64,000 nucleotides of DNA from the NCBI GenBank assembly GCA_965224245.1, contig OZ245046.1, positions 2,176,001 through 2,240,000 on the forward strand. Reading direction: 5' to 3'. Of the stretch, positions 1-9,532 are shown piece after piece (positions within the stretch are counted from its first letter, which is position 1; each line of letters opens with the position of its first letter). The position numbers and the translations under genes are program-made. Source of the DNA: Candidatus Eiseniibacteriota bacterium. GTDB lineage: Bacteria; Eisenbacteria; RBG-16-71-46; CAZAMP01. Below the pieces are notes generated by a model that did not search any database, was not told where the DNA came from, and was given only the letters and a program-made list of their open reading frames with translations.

Positions 1-1
1 C

Positions 2-298
2 GACGGCAGCGGACCGGTCATCGATGCCGCGGAAGCGGCGGCGGCGTTCGTGGCCCAGCTCACGCAGTACACCTCGGTGACCGGCGCGGTCTCCACGACG
101 CGTGACGCCACGTACAAGTACGGTCCGTACCTGAAGGTCGGGATGCCGGAGAACCCGTTCAACGACCTCTCCACCGTGCTGTGCGACATCGCGACGACCG
201 ACATCTCGGCCGTCGCCAGCGACGGCACGACCGGCTGGAAGTTCTACACCGAGACCGGGCGACTGTTGGCCAACGACGGCGCGCACGACTCGCACTGA
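2..298 (+). CDS. C-terminal part of a major pilin/pseudopilin (GspG-like); 5' end lies outside the window
   Basis: Frame is open from the window edge. Contains YGPYL..MPENPFN and GWKFYTETG-type motifs typical of GspG-like pseudopilin C-termini. First gene of a pilin cluster. Confidence 0.65.
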   Translation, partial: DGSGPVIDAAEAAAAFVAQLTQYTSVTGAVSTTRDATYKYGPYLKVGMPENPFNDLSTVLCDIATTDISAVASDGTTGWKFYTETGRLLANDGAHDSH

Positions 299-320
299 CC
301 GATCGGGACACGCGCGTCGG

Positions 321-824
321 ATGACCCACGCGAACGGCGAGCGGCCGGGGCACCTCGGGGCGGACGGCTTCACGCTGACCGAGGTGCTCTTCGTCGTCGG
401 CGTGCTCGGCATCCTGGCCGTCGTGGCCGTGACCGTCTTCGGGAGCGCACACACGGACGTGTCTCTCGAGGAGGCTGCCGAGCGGCTGGGTGCCGACATT
501 GAGTACGCACGCGATCGGGCCGTGGCGAGGGGTCATGCGCAGGTCCTTCGCTTTTCCGATTCCGGACGGCGCTACGAGATCGCGGACGCGAAGGGAACCC
601 TGATGCACCCCGTCTCCCGAGACGCGTTCCAGGTCGGGATATCGGAGCTGGTCGGAGGACACCCGATAACCGTGTCGATCAGCGGCCTCCCCGGCGACAG
701 CCTGTCCTTCGACACCGACGGGCTCCCCAGCGCCGGGGGCACGATCGACATCGAGAGCGGATCGTCGCGATGGCGGGTCGAGGTCGCCAAGTCGACGGGC
801 CGAGTGACGGTCGGTCGAATGTAG
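321..824 (+). CDS. Minor pseudopilin, GspH/FimT-like
   Basis: Class III prepilin site G|FTLTEVL followed by a hydrophobic helix, then YARDRAVA and FDTDGLP motifs typical of GspH/FimT. Confidence 0.85.
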   Translation: MTHANGERPGHLGADGFTLTEVLFVVGVLGILAVVAVTVFGSAHTDVSLEEAAERLGADIEYARDRAVARGHAQVLRFSDSGRRYEIADAKGTLMHPVSRDAFQVGISELVGGHPITVSISGLPGDSLSFDTDGLPSAGGTIDIESGSSRWRVEVAKSTGRVTVGRM

Positions 825-845
825 CGCGCATCCAGGACGGCGAAG

Positions 846-1952
846 ATGGTGGTGATGTTCGCGGAGCGACCTCGAAATGGCTTCACGCTCGTCGAGCTCC
901 TCTTGGCCGCGAGCATCACGGCGATCCTCGTTCTGGGTGTCGTGTCGGTCCTCCGGACGAGCATCTGGTTGACCGACGCCGTGGATGCCGACCGCGATCT
1001 CCAGGAGACGGCGCGACTCCTCACCACGCGCCTCGGAGCCGACCTCCGGGCCACGACGATCGTCGCCTCCACGAGCCGCGCGCTCACGCTCGTCGAGTCC
1101 GCCTCCGGCGACACCATCCGCTGGCAGTGGTCGGGCACGGCCGGTGATCCGATCACCCGCCGGGTGGGCACGGGCGCGCTCGTGGCCCTCGCCGACGCGG
1201 CGGACGGCGTCGTCTTCACGTCCACCAGCCTCCAGCGCACGGTGGACTCGGAGATCGTCCAGGAGGCCGTCTCGGACACGCTGGCGGCCTCGTTCACGTC
1301 CGCCGACTGGTCGGCCCTGGTGGACTCCACCGCGTGTGCGTACGACACGCCGCGCACCTACCGGATCGATGGACAGAGCTGGGCGGCCGAGGAGTTCCTG
1401 ACCCCACGCTCGATGACGGCGATCACCGAGGCCAAGCTGCGCATGGCCTCGATCGGCAGCCTGCGCCCGGCGGTGGATCTCCTGGTCGAGATCCGCCGGA
1501 GCTCCGCCTCGATCGACCAGCCCGGGGCGCTCTACGCGGAGGGCACGCTCTCCCGGATGACCGTCGGCGGGACGTGGGCCGATGTCCCGGTGACCTTCAC
1601 GCCGGTGGACGACGCTCCGCTCGGGTTTCAGGAGCCGCTCTGGCTCGTGTGCCGCGGCAAAGGCACGGCGCTCGACTACGCCGGCAGCGTGCAGGTGACG
1701 CAGCTCACCGGATGCGGCCACGGAGAGCACCCGAGCGACTCGAACTGGTTCCGGGAGACGAGCGACTCGGGCGCCTCCTGGTCGGCCCGCAACCGCGACG
1801 TCGAGATGACCTTCTCGGTCCGCGGCCAGTACACGACACCGTCGGTCGTCGACACCACCGAGACGCTGACCCACACGACCGGCGTCGGCTACGACATCCA
1901 GCTGAGCGAGGGGGAACATGCCGTTCGGCGTGCCGGATACATCGCTCAGTGA
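846..1952 (+). CDS. Large minor pilin (GspJ/PilW-like) with an inserted extra domain
   Basis: Prepilin site G|FTLVELL; 368 aa. Start may be the ATG at 855. Confidence 0.8.
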   Translation: MVVMFAERPRNGFTLVELLLAASITAILVLGVVSVLRTSIWLTDAVDADRDLQETARLLTTRLGADLRATTIVASTSRALTLVESASGDTIRWQWSGTAGDPITRRVGTGALVALADAADGVVFTSTSLQRTVDSEIVQEAVSDTLAASFTSADWSALVDSTACAYDTPRTYRIDGQSWAAEEFLTPRSMTAITEAKLRMASIGSLRPAVDLLVEIRRSSASIDQPGALYAEGTLSRMTVGGTWADVPVTFTPVDDAPLGFQEPLWLVCRGKGTALDYAGSVQVTQLTGCGHGEHPSDSNWFRETSDSGASWSARNRDVEMTFSVRGQYTTPSVVDTTETLTHTTGVGYDIQLSEGEHAVRRAGYIAQ

Positions 1953-1953
1953 G

Positions 1954-3195
1954 GTGCCACGGGGAACCCGAGGCAGCATTCTCGTGACGACGGTGCTCTT
2001 GACCTGTCTCGTCACGACCGTCCTCACCGCAGCCGCCTACCGCACGAGCCTCCGGGTCCGGGCCCGGCACGAGGAGAACGACGGCGCGTCGGCCCGCGCC
2101 TACGCGGTGGGCGCCCTCGAGGCGGGCGTTCGACGGGCCGCGGATCTCGGCGACTGGCGCAACACCATCACGACCGACACCTGGGTCGGCGACTACCCCT
2201 TCGGCGACGGCGCGTTCTTCATCCGGGCGTCCGATCCGACCGACGGCATCGTCCTCGCGAACGGGGTCGGCGGCTCCGCATCGACCGATACGCTGCTGAT
2301 GGAGGCCCGCGCGACCTGCGGGGACGTCGAACGCGCGGTGGCCGCACGCTACGTCCCCCTGCCCCATCCGGCGACCGCGTCGGCGATCTTCGCCGACGAC
2401 CTGGTGACGCTCCAGGGCGGTCGCATCGAGGGCGACGTGCGCGCGAACTCCCACGTGACCGATCCCACCGGTACCGCCGTCGTCGTCGGCGACATCACGA
2501 CGGTGACCGGAAGCACGGTCTCTCCGATCCTCGACGATGGGGACACCGACGTCTTCTACGAGGCGAGCAAGCTCGTGCCGCCGTACGTGACGCCGGCGTG
2601 GTTTCAGGCCGTCGGGGAGGAGATCACGTTGCCCGCCGACGGGGGTCTCCGCAACGTGACCATCACGCCGGAGTCGAACCCGTACGGATCCCCGAACCCC
2701 GAGGGCATCTACTGGATCGACGGCGGCGGCGGGACCATCACCCTGGAGCAGACCGTCATCGTGGCCTGCCTGGCCATCGTGAACGTCAGCGACGTTCTCG
2801 TCCGGGAGGATCTGTTCAGCACGTCGGATCCCGGAACGAGCTTCTATCTTCGTTCGCCCGAGCCGGAACGGCTACCGGCGCTCGTCGTCGACGGCCGCAT
2901 CGACATGGCGATCCACGGCGGTGAGCCGCTGTCCTACGAGCTCGGTGGCCAGACGCACTACGTGACCTCGGAGATCGTCGGCGTGATCTACGCCTCCGAT
3001 CGCTTCCGGGGCCCGCAGAAGAACGGCAGCGGATCGCTCGAGATGTCGGGCGCGATCATCGCGTCCGAGGTGCAGATCTGGTCGACCGACTTCACGCTCA
3101 GACACGACCCCGCCCTGAACACCTCGGCCCTGGTCGAGCTCGAGAGCAGCGAGCTCCGGCCCGTGCCGGGGACCCTGCAGGATACGACGCCATGA
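1954..3195 (+). CDS. PilX/GspK-like minor pilin with a beta-solenoid-like C-terminal region
   Basis: RG|SILVTTVLL (no Glu5, as in PilX/GspK) and an ARAYAVGALEAG motif. GTG at 1954 chosen just after the upstream stop; the ORF track starts at 1918. Confidence 0.7.
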   Translation: MPRGTRGSILVTTVLLTCLVTTVLTAAAYRTSLRVRARHEENDGASARAYAVGALEAGVRRAADLGDWRNTITTDTWVGDYPFGDGAFFIRASDPTDGIVLANGVGGSASTDTLLMEARATCGDVERAVAARYVPLPHPATASAIFADDLVTLQGGRIEGDVRANSHVTDPTGTAVVVGDITTVTGSTVSPILDDGDTDVFYEASKLVPPYVTPAWFQAVGEEITLPADGGLRNVTITPESNPYGSPNPEGIYWIDGGGGTITLEQTVIVACLAIVNVSDVLVREDLFSTSDPGTSFYLRSPEPERLPALVVDGRIDMAIHGGEPLSYELGGQTHYVTSEIVGVIYASDRFRGPQKNGSGSLEMSGAIIASEVQIWSTDFTLRHDPALNTSALVELESSELRPVPGTLQDTTP

Positions 3196-3740
3196 GCCCG
3201 CACGTCCCGAGACCGGGCGGAGGGGGCCCGGGCGATGCCGGCCTGACCCTGATCGAGGCCGTCACCACGACGGTGATCGCGCTGGTGCTGGCGGCGGCGG
3301 TCGGCACGGCGGCTCACGTGATCCTGAGCGCCGACGAGGACGCGAACACGCAGACGATCGTCGGCGAGATCGGGCTCGCGCTTCTGGAGGAGGCGCTGAC
3401 CCTGCCATTCGAGGATCCGGAGGCTCCGAGCGCGACGCTCGGGCCGGAGGCGGGCGAGTTTCCGACCGTGTCGCGCGCGCTCTTCGACGACGTCGACGAC
3501 TACGCGGCCTGGGACGGCACCGCCACGCTTCAGACCAAGGACGGCAAGCCGATCGCGTCGCCCTATCGCCGTCGCGTGGACGTGACCTACGTGACCCCGG
3601 ACTCGTTCACGGTGACGTCGCTCACGCCGACCAACCACAAGCGTGTCCTGGTCACGGTCACCGACACGCTCGGCGTCGAGCAAGAACACTTTCAGGCGCT
3701 ACGTGCGCGGGGAGGTCGCGTTGTCGACGTCCCGTTCTGA
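3192..3740 (+). CDS. Minor pilin, PilV/GspI/MshD-like
   Basis: G|LTLIEAV prepilin site, FDDVDDY motif, and ATGA overlap with the upstream gene. Confidence 0.8.
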   Translation: MSPHVPRPGGGGPGDAGLTLIEAVTTTVIALVLAAAVGTAAHVILSADEDANTQTIVGEIGLALLEEALTLPFEDPEAPSATLGPEAGEFPTVSRALFDDVDDYAAWDGTATLQTKDGKPIASPYRRRVDVTYVTPDSFTVTSLTPTNHKRVLVTVTDTLGVEQEHFQALRARGGRVVDVPF

Positions 3741-4779
3741 TCCGGCTCCCGAGGCCCGCTCTCGACAGGCCGGAGATCTCGGGCGACTCGGGCGCGGAGC
3801 GCTGGCTCTCCGGCAGCTGGCCGCCGCGGTGGGCATCGCCGACCGGTCTCGTCTCGTGGGAATGGAGCTCAGCGAGAGCTGGATACGGCTGGCCGAGCAG
3901 GTCGACGGCTGCTGGCACTGCCATCACATCGTCGTCGACGAGTCCGGCCACGCGCGCGATCCGCGTCCCGCCGCGCGGCGCGCTCGACGCGAGGGTGGGG
4001 CGGTGCTGGCGTCTCCGACGCTGGACATCTTCCCGATGACCATCCCGTCGCACTCCGATCGCCCCGTGGACGCGCTCGTCGTGGAGCACGCACAGGGCCG
4101 CCTCCGCTACCCGCTGGCCGATGCCGTTCTGGACTACGCGCGGATCCCGACGCGCTTCCGTCGCCCGGGCGAGTCGGGACTCGCGGTGCTGGTGTACGCG
4201 GCGGAGCGCGAGCGGGTCGACGCGCTCCTGGACGCCGCCCAGAGCGTGGGCCTCGACGTCTCCGAGCTGACGTCGCCGGCGATCGCGTTCGCATCGCGGC
4301 TGTCGGCGCACGACCGGGCGCCGCGGCTTTTGATCGCGACCTCGGAGACGACGACCTCCATCGCGGTCGTGGCGGAAGCCCACGTGCTGTTCGAGCGCCT
4401 TCTGCCCATCGGCGAACGGGACGTGCTGGCCCGGGTGTCCAAGGTCCTGGAGATCAACACCCGCCAGAGCCGGCGGCTCCTGCGCGAGAAGCGACGGGAC
4501 GCGATGACCGGCGCGCTCCGCGACATCCTCGGGCCCACCCAGATCGAGCTCACGCGAGAGGCGCTGGGCTGCCTGGACTACTGCACCAGCTTCCTCCATC
4601 ACCCGTCGATCGCCGAGGTGATCCTGACCGGCCCCCTGGGGATCGTCGACGGCCTCGCCGAGGCGATCGGCGACGGGCTTTCGCTGCCCGTGATCGCCCG
4701 CGCGGGCGCCGAGGACGTGGCGCCCGAGTACGACGCCGCGGTCGCGGCCGCGCTCGCGTCGAGGGAGGCTCGGGCGTGA
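3721..4779 (+). CDS. PilM-like (actin-fold) pilus assembly protein
   Basis: LVGMELSESWIRL N-terminal strand, VLDY, VLVYAA and VILTG motifs; lies directly before a pilN-like gene. TTG start preceded by GGAGGT is tentative. Confidence 0.7.
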   Translation: MSTSRSDPAPEARSRQAGDLGRLGRGALALRQLAAAVGIADRSRLVGMELSESWIRLAEQVDGCWHCHHIVVDESGHARDPRPAARRARREGGAVLASPTLDIFPMTIPSHSDRPVDALVVEHAQGRLRYPLADAVLDYARIPTRFRRPGESGLAVLVYAAERERVDALLDAAQSVGLDVSELTSPAIAFASRLSAHDRAPRLLIATSETTTSIAVVAEAHVLFERLLPIGERDVLARVSKVLEINTRQSRRLLREKRRDAMTGALRDILGPTQIELTREALGCLDYCTSFLHHPSIAEVILTGPLGIVDGLAEAIGDGLSLPVIARAGAEDVAPEYDAAVAAALASREARA

Positions 4780-5354
4780 GCGGGATCAACCTCGTCCCCA
4801 GCGAGCGGCTGCAGCGCCGGGCGGCCGAACGACGGTTCGTGGCCTGGGGTCGCGCGATCGCGATCGTCGTGCTGGTCCTCGTCCTCGCCCATCTCGGGGT
4901 CCGGAAGCTGGCCTCGGACGCCGACGGGCGTGTCGCGGCGTTGCGCCAGCGCTACGCGCTCCTCACGGAGGACATCCGCCTGGCCGAAAACCTGATCAAG
5001 GAACGCGATCGCCTGCTTCGCCGAAAGGCGGCCATCGCCGAGATCTCGAGCGAGCCGCGCGCGACCGAGTTCCTGGAGACCACGGGCCACGCGTTGACGC
5101 CCCAGGCGCATCTCAGCCTCCTCCAGCTGGCCCGCGAGCGGGACGCGGTGGAGGCCGCGCTGACCGGAGACGCGACGCTGGTCGTGCGCGGGGTGGCACC
5201 CGACATCGGGGAGGTCGGTTTGATCCTGCGTCAGATGCGCATGGCGACGCTGTTCTCGGACGTCACGTTCATCGGCTCGGGCGAGCGCGGGCGTGGCGGG
5301 CGCGACGGAATCGCGTTCGAGCTGGCCTGTCGTTCGGAGCGGGAGATCCCATGA
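4776..5354 (+). CDS. PilN-like protein
   Basis: N-terminal INLVP motif (PilM-binding), one TM helix, coiled coil, ferredoxin-like C-terminus. Confidence 0.8.
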   Translation: MSGINLVPSERLQRRAAERRFVAWGRAIAIVVLVLVLAHLGVRKLASDADGRVAALRQRYALLTEDIRLAENLIKERDRLLRRKAAIAEISSEPRATEFLETTGHALTPQAHLSLLQLARERDAVEAALTGDATLVVRGVAPDIGEVGLILRQMRMATLFSDVTFIGSGERGRGGRDGIAFELACRSEREIP

Positions 5355-5896
5355 CGCTCGAGACGAGACGGATCGATCAGATGGGCGCGGGCGTGGCGAT
5401 CCTCCTCGTCGCCGCGTTCGCGGTGCTCACGTGGGTGAGCGGCATCACCCCGCTCCGCGAGGCGGCGTACGCCGAGCACACGCTCGAGCAGGCGGTGGCC
5501 ATCCTCCACGACGCCGAGGCCGGTCTGTCGGGCCTGGACGACGAGATCGCCGACGTGAGCGCCGCCCTCGCCGCGAGCGAGGCGGCCCTGCCGGCGTCAC
5601 TCGACCTGGAGGGGTTCCTAGCCTACGTGCAGACGCTGGCCGCCGGGAACGCCGTTCGCATCGAGACCCTGACGCCCGGCGCCGGCCACGACCGGGCCCT
5701 CTACCACGAGCGGCGGGTCACGATGCGGCTCGTGGGACACTTTCTGGACGTCTACCGGTTCCTGCGCGCGCTCGAGGACGGCCAGCGGCTCGCGCTCGTG
5801 GACCACCTGAACCTGGTCGGATCCCCGAGCACGTCCGAGTGCGCGGCCGACCTCGAGATCGTCCTCTACACCTCGCCGGAAGGACCGACCTCGTGA
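5351..5896 (+). CDS. PilO/GspM-like protein
   Basis: TM helix, coiled coil ending in LP, and GHFLDVYRFLRALE motif; ATGA overlap with pilN. Confidence 0.8.
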   Translation: MTLETRRIDQMGAGVAILLVAAFAVLTWVSGITPLREAAYAEHTLEQAVAILHDAEAGLSGLDDEIADVSAALAASEAALPASLDLEGFLAYVQTLAAGNAVRIETLTPGAGHDRALYHERRVTMRLVGHFLDVYRFLRALEDGQRLALVDHLNLVGSPSTSECAADLEIVLYTSPEGPTS

Positions 5897-6420
5897 CCGC
5901 GCCCGCGACGCCCGCCGCCGTACCGGTGGCCCGGAAGCCGTTCCTGATCGGCGGCGCGGCGACCGCCCTGCTGATCGCGGTCCTCGCGCTGCCCGAGCGG
6001 CAGGACGCGGCCGGATCGGTGACCGGGGATCCCGCGGGCGAGGCGCAGGAGATCTATCAGGCCTTCGTCGAGAAGGTGACGCAGTCCTCGCGCCTGCCCG
6101 AGGCCACCTCCCGAACGCGGCCCGAGCTGCCGCCTCTCACGCGGGACATCTTCAGCTCGGTCGCGCCCCCCCCGCCGGCGGCCGCCGCGGCCGAGCCGTC
6201 GGTCGCGGGCGACGCGCCCGACGCCGAGACGGAGCCCGAGCCGCGCTACCAGGGAACCTATCGCGAGGCCGGACGGCGCTTCGTCTTCCTCGACGGGCTC
6301 CGCATCGCGGTCGGCGACTCGGTCGGGACCCGGTGGGTCGTCGACGCCGACGCGACGCACGTCACCCTCTGGAGCGAGGCCGAGGGATACACCCGCATCG
6401 AACGGAGTCCGGGACGATGA
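5893..6420 (+). CDS. PilP/GspC/MshK-like protein
   Basis: GTGA overlap with pilO. TM helix, RDIF motif, Pro/Ala linker and a small C-terminal beta domain (YQGTY...FLDG..IAVGD). Lies between pilO and the secretin. Confidence 0.6.
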   Translation: MTAPATPAAVPVARKPFLIGGAATALLIAVLALPERQDAAGSVTGDPAGEAQEIYQAFVEKVTQSSRLPEATSRTRPELPPLTRDIFSSVAPPPPAAAAAEPSVAGDAPDAETEPEPRYQGTYREAGRRFVFLDGLRIAVGDSVGTRWVVDADATHVTLWSEAEGYTRIERSPGR

Positions 6421-7997
6421 CGCCAGCGTGCCTTCGAACACCGGCGGTTCCCACTCGTGGCGGGATCGTCGCAATCGGTCCGGCGACCGTGCGGCTCGGG
6501 CGGCTCGTTCCCGTCCTGGTCGCGCTCGGAGTGCTGCTGTCGACCGGAAGCGGGACGGTCTCGGCAACCGAGCGCCCGGCGGTCGATCGGGCGCCGGATC
6601 CGATCCCCTCCAGCGTCGAGGCCCCGGTGAGCATCTCGATCACCGACGTTCCGCTGAAGACACTCGTCCAGATGTGGTCACGCGAGCGGGGCGTCAACAT
6701 CGTCTGCGCCGACGACGCCGGCGGCACCGTCAGCCTGGAGCTGACCAGCGTCCCGTTCGACGACGCCCTGCGCGCGGCGGCCGGCATCGCCGGCTTCGAG
6801 GTGATCAAGCGGGGTACGATCTACTACCTGCGCGCCACCGGCGACGATGCCGACGGCTCGAGCGAGCTCCTCGACGCGAGATCCTATCGCCTGAACTTCG
6901 CGAACCCGGCCGAGCTCGAGCCGGTGGTGACCGACATGCTGAGCCCCTGGGGCTCCGCGACCAGCTACCACCCCATGCGCGCGATCGTGGTCGAGGACAT
7001 CCCCTGGGTGCTCGAGCGCATCGCCGGCGTCGTCGAGGCCCTCGACCAGCCGCCGCGGCAGGTTCTGATCGACGCGAAGGTGCTCGAGGCACGCCTGGCG
7101 GACAACTCCTCGATCGGGATCGACTGGAGCGCGGTCTTCGGCGGCGACGACGAGGGCGTCGTCGGACAGTCCGGCTTCGCCGGCTCGACCGGCGAGACGT
7201 TCTTCGTGAGCTGGGACGACGTCGACGTGTCCGCCGCGCTGGACGCGGTGGAGGGCGTCGACGAGCTCCGGAGCCTCGCGAGCCCGCAGCTCCTCGTGAC
7301 CGACGGACAGGAGGCCCGGCTCATCATCGGCGGGCAGCTCGGATTCCGGGTCCGGAGCACCGTCGAGAGCACGGTCTTCGAGTCGGTCGAGTTCCTCGAC
7401 GTCGGCACCCAGCTCATCGTGACCCCGACGATCACCGACCACGGCTGGGTGCAGCTGGCCATCCACCCCGAGATCTCCGACGGCCAGATCCAGGAAGGGC
7501 TGCCGTCGAAGACGACCGCCGAGGTCACGACTACGGTGCTCCTGCGTGACGGTCAGACGATCCTGATCGGGGGGCTCATGCGCGATCGCGACGAGCGGAC
7601 GCGCCGGGGGATTCCCCTCCTGCGCTCGCTGCCGCTCATCGGGGCCCTCTTCGGCCGGACCACGTCTTCGAGCACGCGCAACGAGATCATCACGCTGATC
7701 CGGGTGCGGATCGTGCCGCTCGGCAGCACGCCCCCGATCGACGCGCACGCGCTCCTGGACGACGCGGAGCTCGGTGGGCCGGGCACCGGAGAGGAGCCCG
7801 ACGCCGGCGAAGAACGCGACCCGGGCGGGGACCCCGGCGCCGGCGCGAACTCGGGCAGGCCGCCCGACATCGGCGCGGAGCCCGATGCCGGCGGCGAGGC
7901 CGATGCCGGCAGCGAGGCCGATGCCGGCGGGGAGGCCGAAACCGGCGGCGAGACGCCATCCCCGCCGGAGATGCCGGGAGACGGCTCACCGCTCTGA
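6417..7997 (+). CDS. Secretin (PilQ/GspD family, short form) with an acidic low-complexity tail
   Basis: STN-like domain, one N3-like domain, QVLIDAKVLE, SPQLLVTDGQEA, GIPLLRSLPLIGALF motifs. ATGA overlap at 6417. Confidence 0.9.
   Translation: MTPACLRTPAVPTRGGIVAIGPATVRLGRLVPVLVALGVLLSTGSGTVSATERPAVDRAPDPIPSSVEAPVSISITDVPLKTLVQMWSRERGVNIVCADDAGGTVSLELTSVPFDDALRAAAGIAGFEVIKRGTIYYLRATGDDADGSSELLDARSYRLNFANPAELEPVVTDMLSPWGSATSYHPMRAIVVEDIPWVLERIAGVVEALDQPPRQVLIDAKVLEARLADNSSIGIDWSAVFGGDDEGVVGQSGFAGSTGETFFVSWDDVDVSAALDAVEGVDELRSLASPQLLVTDGQEARLIIGGQLGFRVRSTVESTVFESVEFLDVGTQLIVTPTITDHGWVQLAIHPEISDGQIQEGLPSKTTAEVTTTVLLRDGQTILIGGLMRDRDERTRRGIPLLRSLPLIGALFGRTTSSSTRNEIITLIRVRIVPLGSTPPIDAHALLDDAELGGPGTGEEPDAGEERDPGGDPGAGANSGRPPDIGAEPDAGGEADAGSEADAGGEAETGGETPSPPEMPGDGSPL
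7878..7949 (+). repeat. Four tandem 18-bp units encoding E(P/A)(D/E)(A/T)G(G/S) in the secretin tail
   Basis: gagcccgatgccggcggc / gaggccgatgccggcagc / gaggccgatgccggcggg / gaggccgaaaccggcggc. Confidence 0.85.
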
Positions 7998-8080
7998 TCA
8001 CGCCCGCGTCCCTCCCCGAGACGCGGCGGTCCGGCGACGCCCAGCGGCGCCGGCGCCGCGGATGACCCCGCGGGCGACGC

Positions 8081-9529
8081 TCAGACCGCGGTCTCGGCCA
8101 CCCGCATCAGGTTCTCCGCGAACGTTCGCCCGTAAGAGGCATGTCCGAGAACCGATTCCAGGAGTCGCGCCCCGATCGCGGCGCTCTCCGCCGGCGGCAT
8201 GCAGAACCCCATCTGCGAGAACGCCGCTCGCCGCCGGGCCACCTCGTCGGCCACGTCCCGGTCGCGTATCACGACGTCGGCCACGAGCTCCGCGAGGGGT
8301 CCGAAGTCGTCCTCGCGCATCCCGAAGCGCGTCATCTCCTGGACGCCGATCCGGATGCCGGACGACTCGACGAAGCTCGTGTCGTCGGGCAGCGCCTGGT
8401 AGTTCACGACGACGTTGTTGCGCTCGAGCCGATGCGCGATCTCCTCGCCGATGCCGTGTGCCCGCACGCGGACGATCACCTGGTGGGTCTCGGTGAAGTC
8501 GTCCGCGGGATCGCCCTCGACCGCCAGCCCGGCGCCCGCGAGCGCACGCGCGAACGCCTTGGCGTTGGCGCGCACCTGACGCTGATAGGGCTCCTTGAAC
8601 GCGTTCATCTCGTACGACGCCGCCAGCAGGCCCAGGAGCGTGCCGAGGTGATGGTTCGAGGTGGAGCCCGGGAAGGCGCGGCTCCGGATCTCGATCCAGA
8701 GCTTCCTGAGAGGGTGTCCCTTTGGCAGGTTGGCCGCGATCACCCCGCGCTGAGGCCCGAAGAACGTCTTGTGCGTGGAGCCGGTGACGAGATCCGCGCC
8801 GTCCTGGAACGGGGTCTGGAATGCCCCGTACAGACCCAGCACGTGCGCCATGTCGAACATCAGGACCGGGCGACGATCCTCGCCCCATCCGGCCACCGCC
8901 TCGGCGACCTCCCGCACCGGCTCGGGGTACAGGAACATGCTCTTGCCGAAGATCATCAGGTTGGGGCGCACGTCGTCCAGCATGTCGATGAGCGCCGAGA
9001 CGTCGGTCCGGTACGGGTTGTCGGACCGGATCGGGAAGTTCGTGACCTGCTCCTTGCCGGTGTCGGAGTCGAGGTTCACGAAGTTGAAGAGCGCACCCAT
9101 CGGCTGGGCCGACAGGTGCCCCCCCTTGTTCAGGTCGTTGTTCATGACCCGGGGGATGCGCGTGGCGGGGTCGCCGGACGACTTGGCCAGGTGCTTGACC
9201 ATGGCCTTGAAGACAATCTCGTTGGACATCTGCCCCGAGATGGGCCTGAGCTCCACCTCCGAGCACCCGAAGTACGTGCGGAGCTGGGCGGCGCACTCCT
9301 GCTCCACCTCGCGGATGAAGTCGACGCCCTGGTAGTAGTAGATCTCGTTGCCCTTCTGCGAGCGATGCTCGGCGTATCGCCCGGCGGGATCGGCGATCTC
9401 GAACATCTTCACCAGCAGGCTCGGTGACTGCTCGGAGGGAATCAGGTTGAAGCACCGGCGCTGGCGCCAGAGGTTGTTCGCCACGGCCCGATCGGCCAGC
9501 GATGCGAGCTGGTCATGCAGTTCCGACAC
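8081..9529 (-). CDS. glyA: Serine hydroxymethyltransferase-family PLP enzyme, archaeal-type sequence
   Basis: LIPSE, RYAEH..YYQG, GGHLS, DMAH, GSTHKTFFGPQRG (PLP Lys), FPGSTSNHH, SGIRIG motifs. Confidence 0.75.
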   Translation of the reverse strand: MSELHDQLASLADRAVANNLWRQRRCFNLIPSEQSPSLLVKMFEIADPAGRYAEHRSQKGNEIYYYQGVDFIREVEQECAAQLRTYFGCSEVELRPISGQMSNEIVFKAMVKHLAKSSGDPATRIPRVMNNDLNKGGHLSAQPMGALFNFVNLDSDTGKEQVTNFPIRSDNPYRTDVSALIDMLDDVRPNLMIFGKSMFLYPEPVREVAEAVAGWGEDRRPVLMFDMAHVLGLYGAFQTPFQDGADLVTGSTHKTFFGPQRGVIAANLPKGHPLRKLWIEIRSRAFPGSTSNHHLGTLLGLLAASYEMNAFKEPYQRQVRANAKAFARALAGAGLAVEGDPADDFTETHQVIVRVRAHGIGEEIAHRLERNNVVVNYQALPDDTSFVESSGIRIGVQEMTRFGMREDDFGPLAELVADVVIRDRDVADEVARRRAAFSQMGFCMPPAESAAIGARLLESVLGHASYGRTFAENLMRVAETAV

Positions 9530-9532
9530 GGT

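Noticed and set aside
8004-8026. Terminator between the convergent secretin and glyA genes
   Set aside because: Only a 7-bp GC stem without a U tract, which is expected by chance at this GC content.
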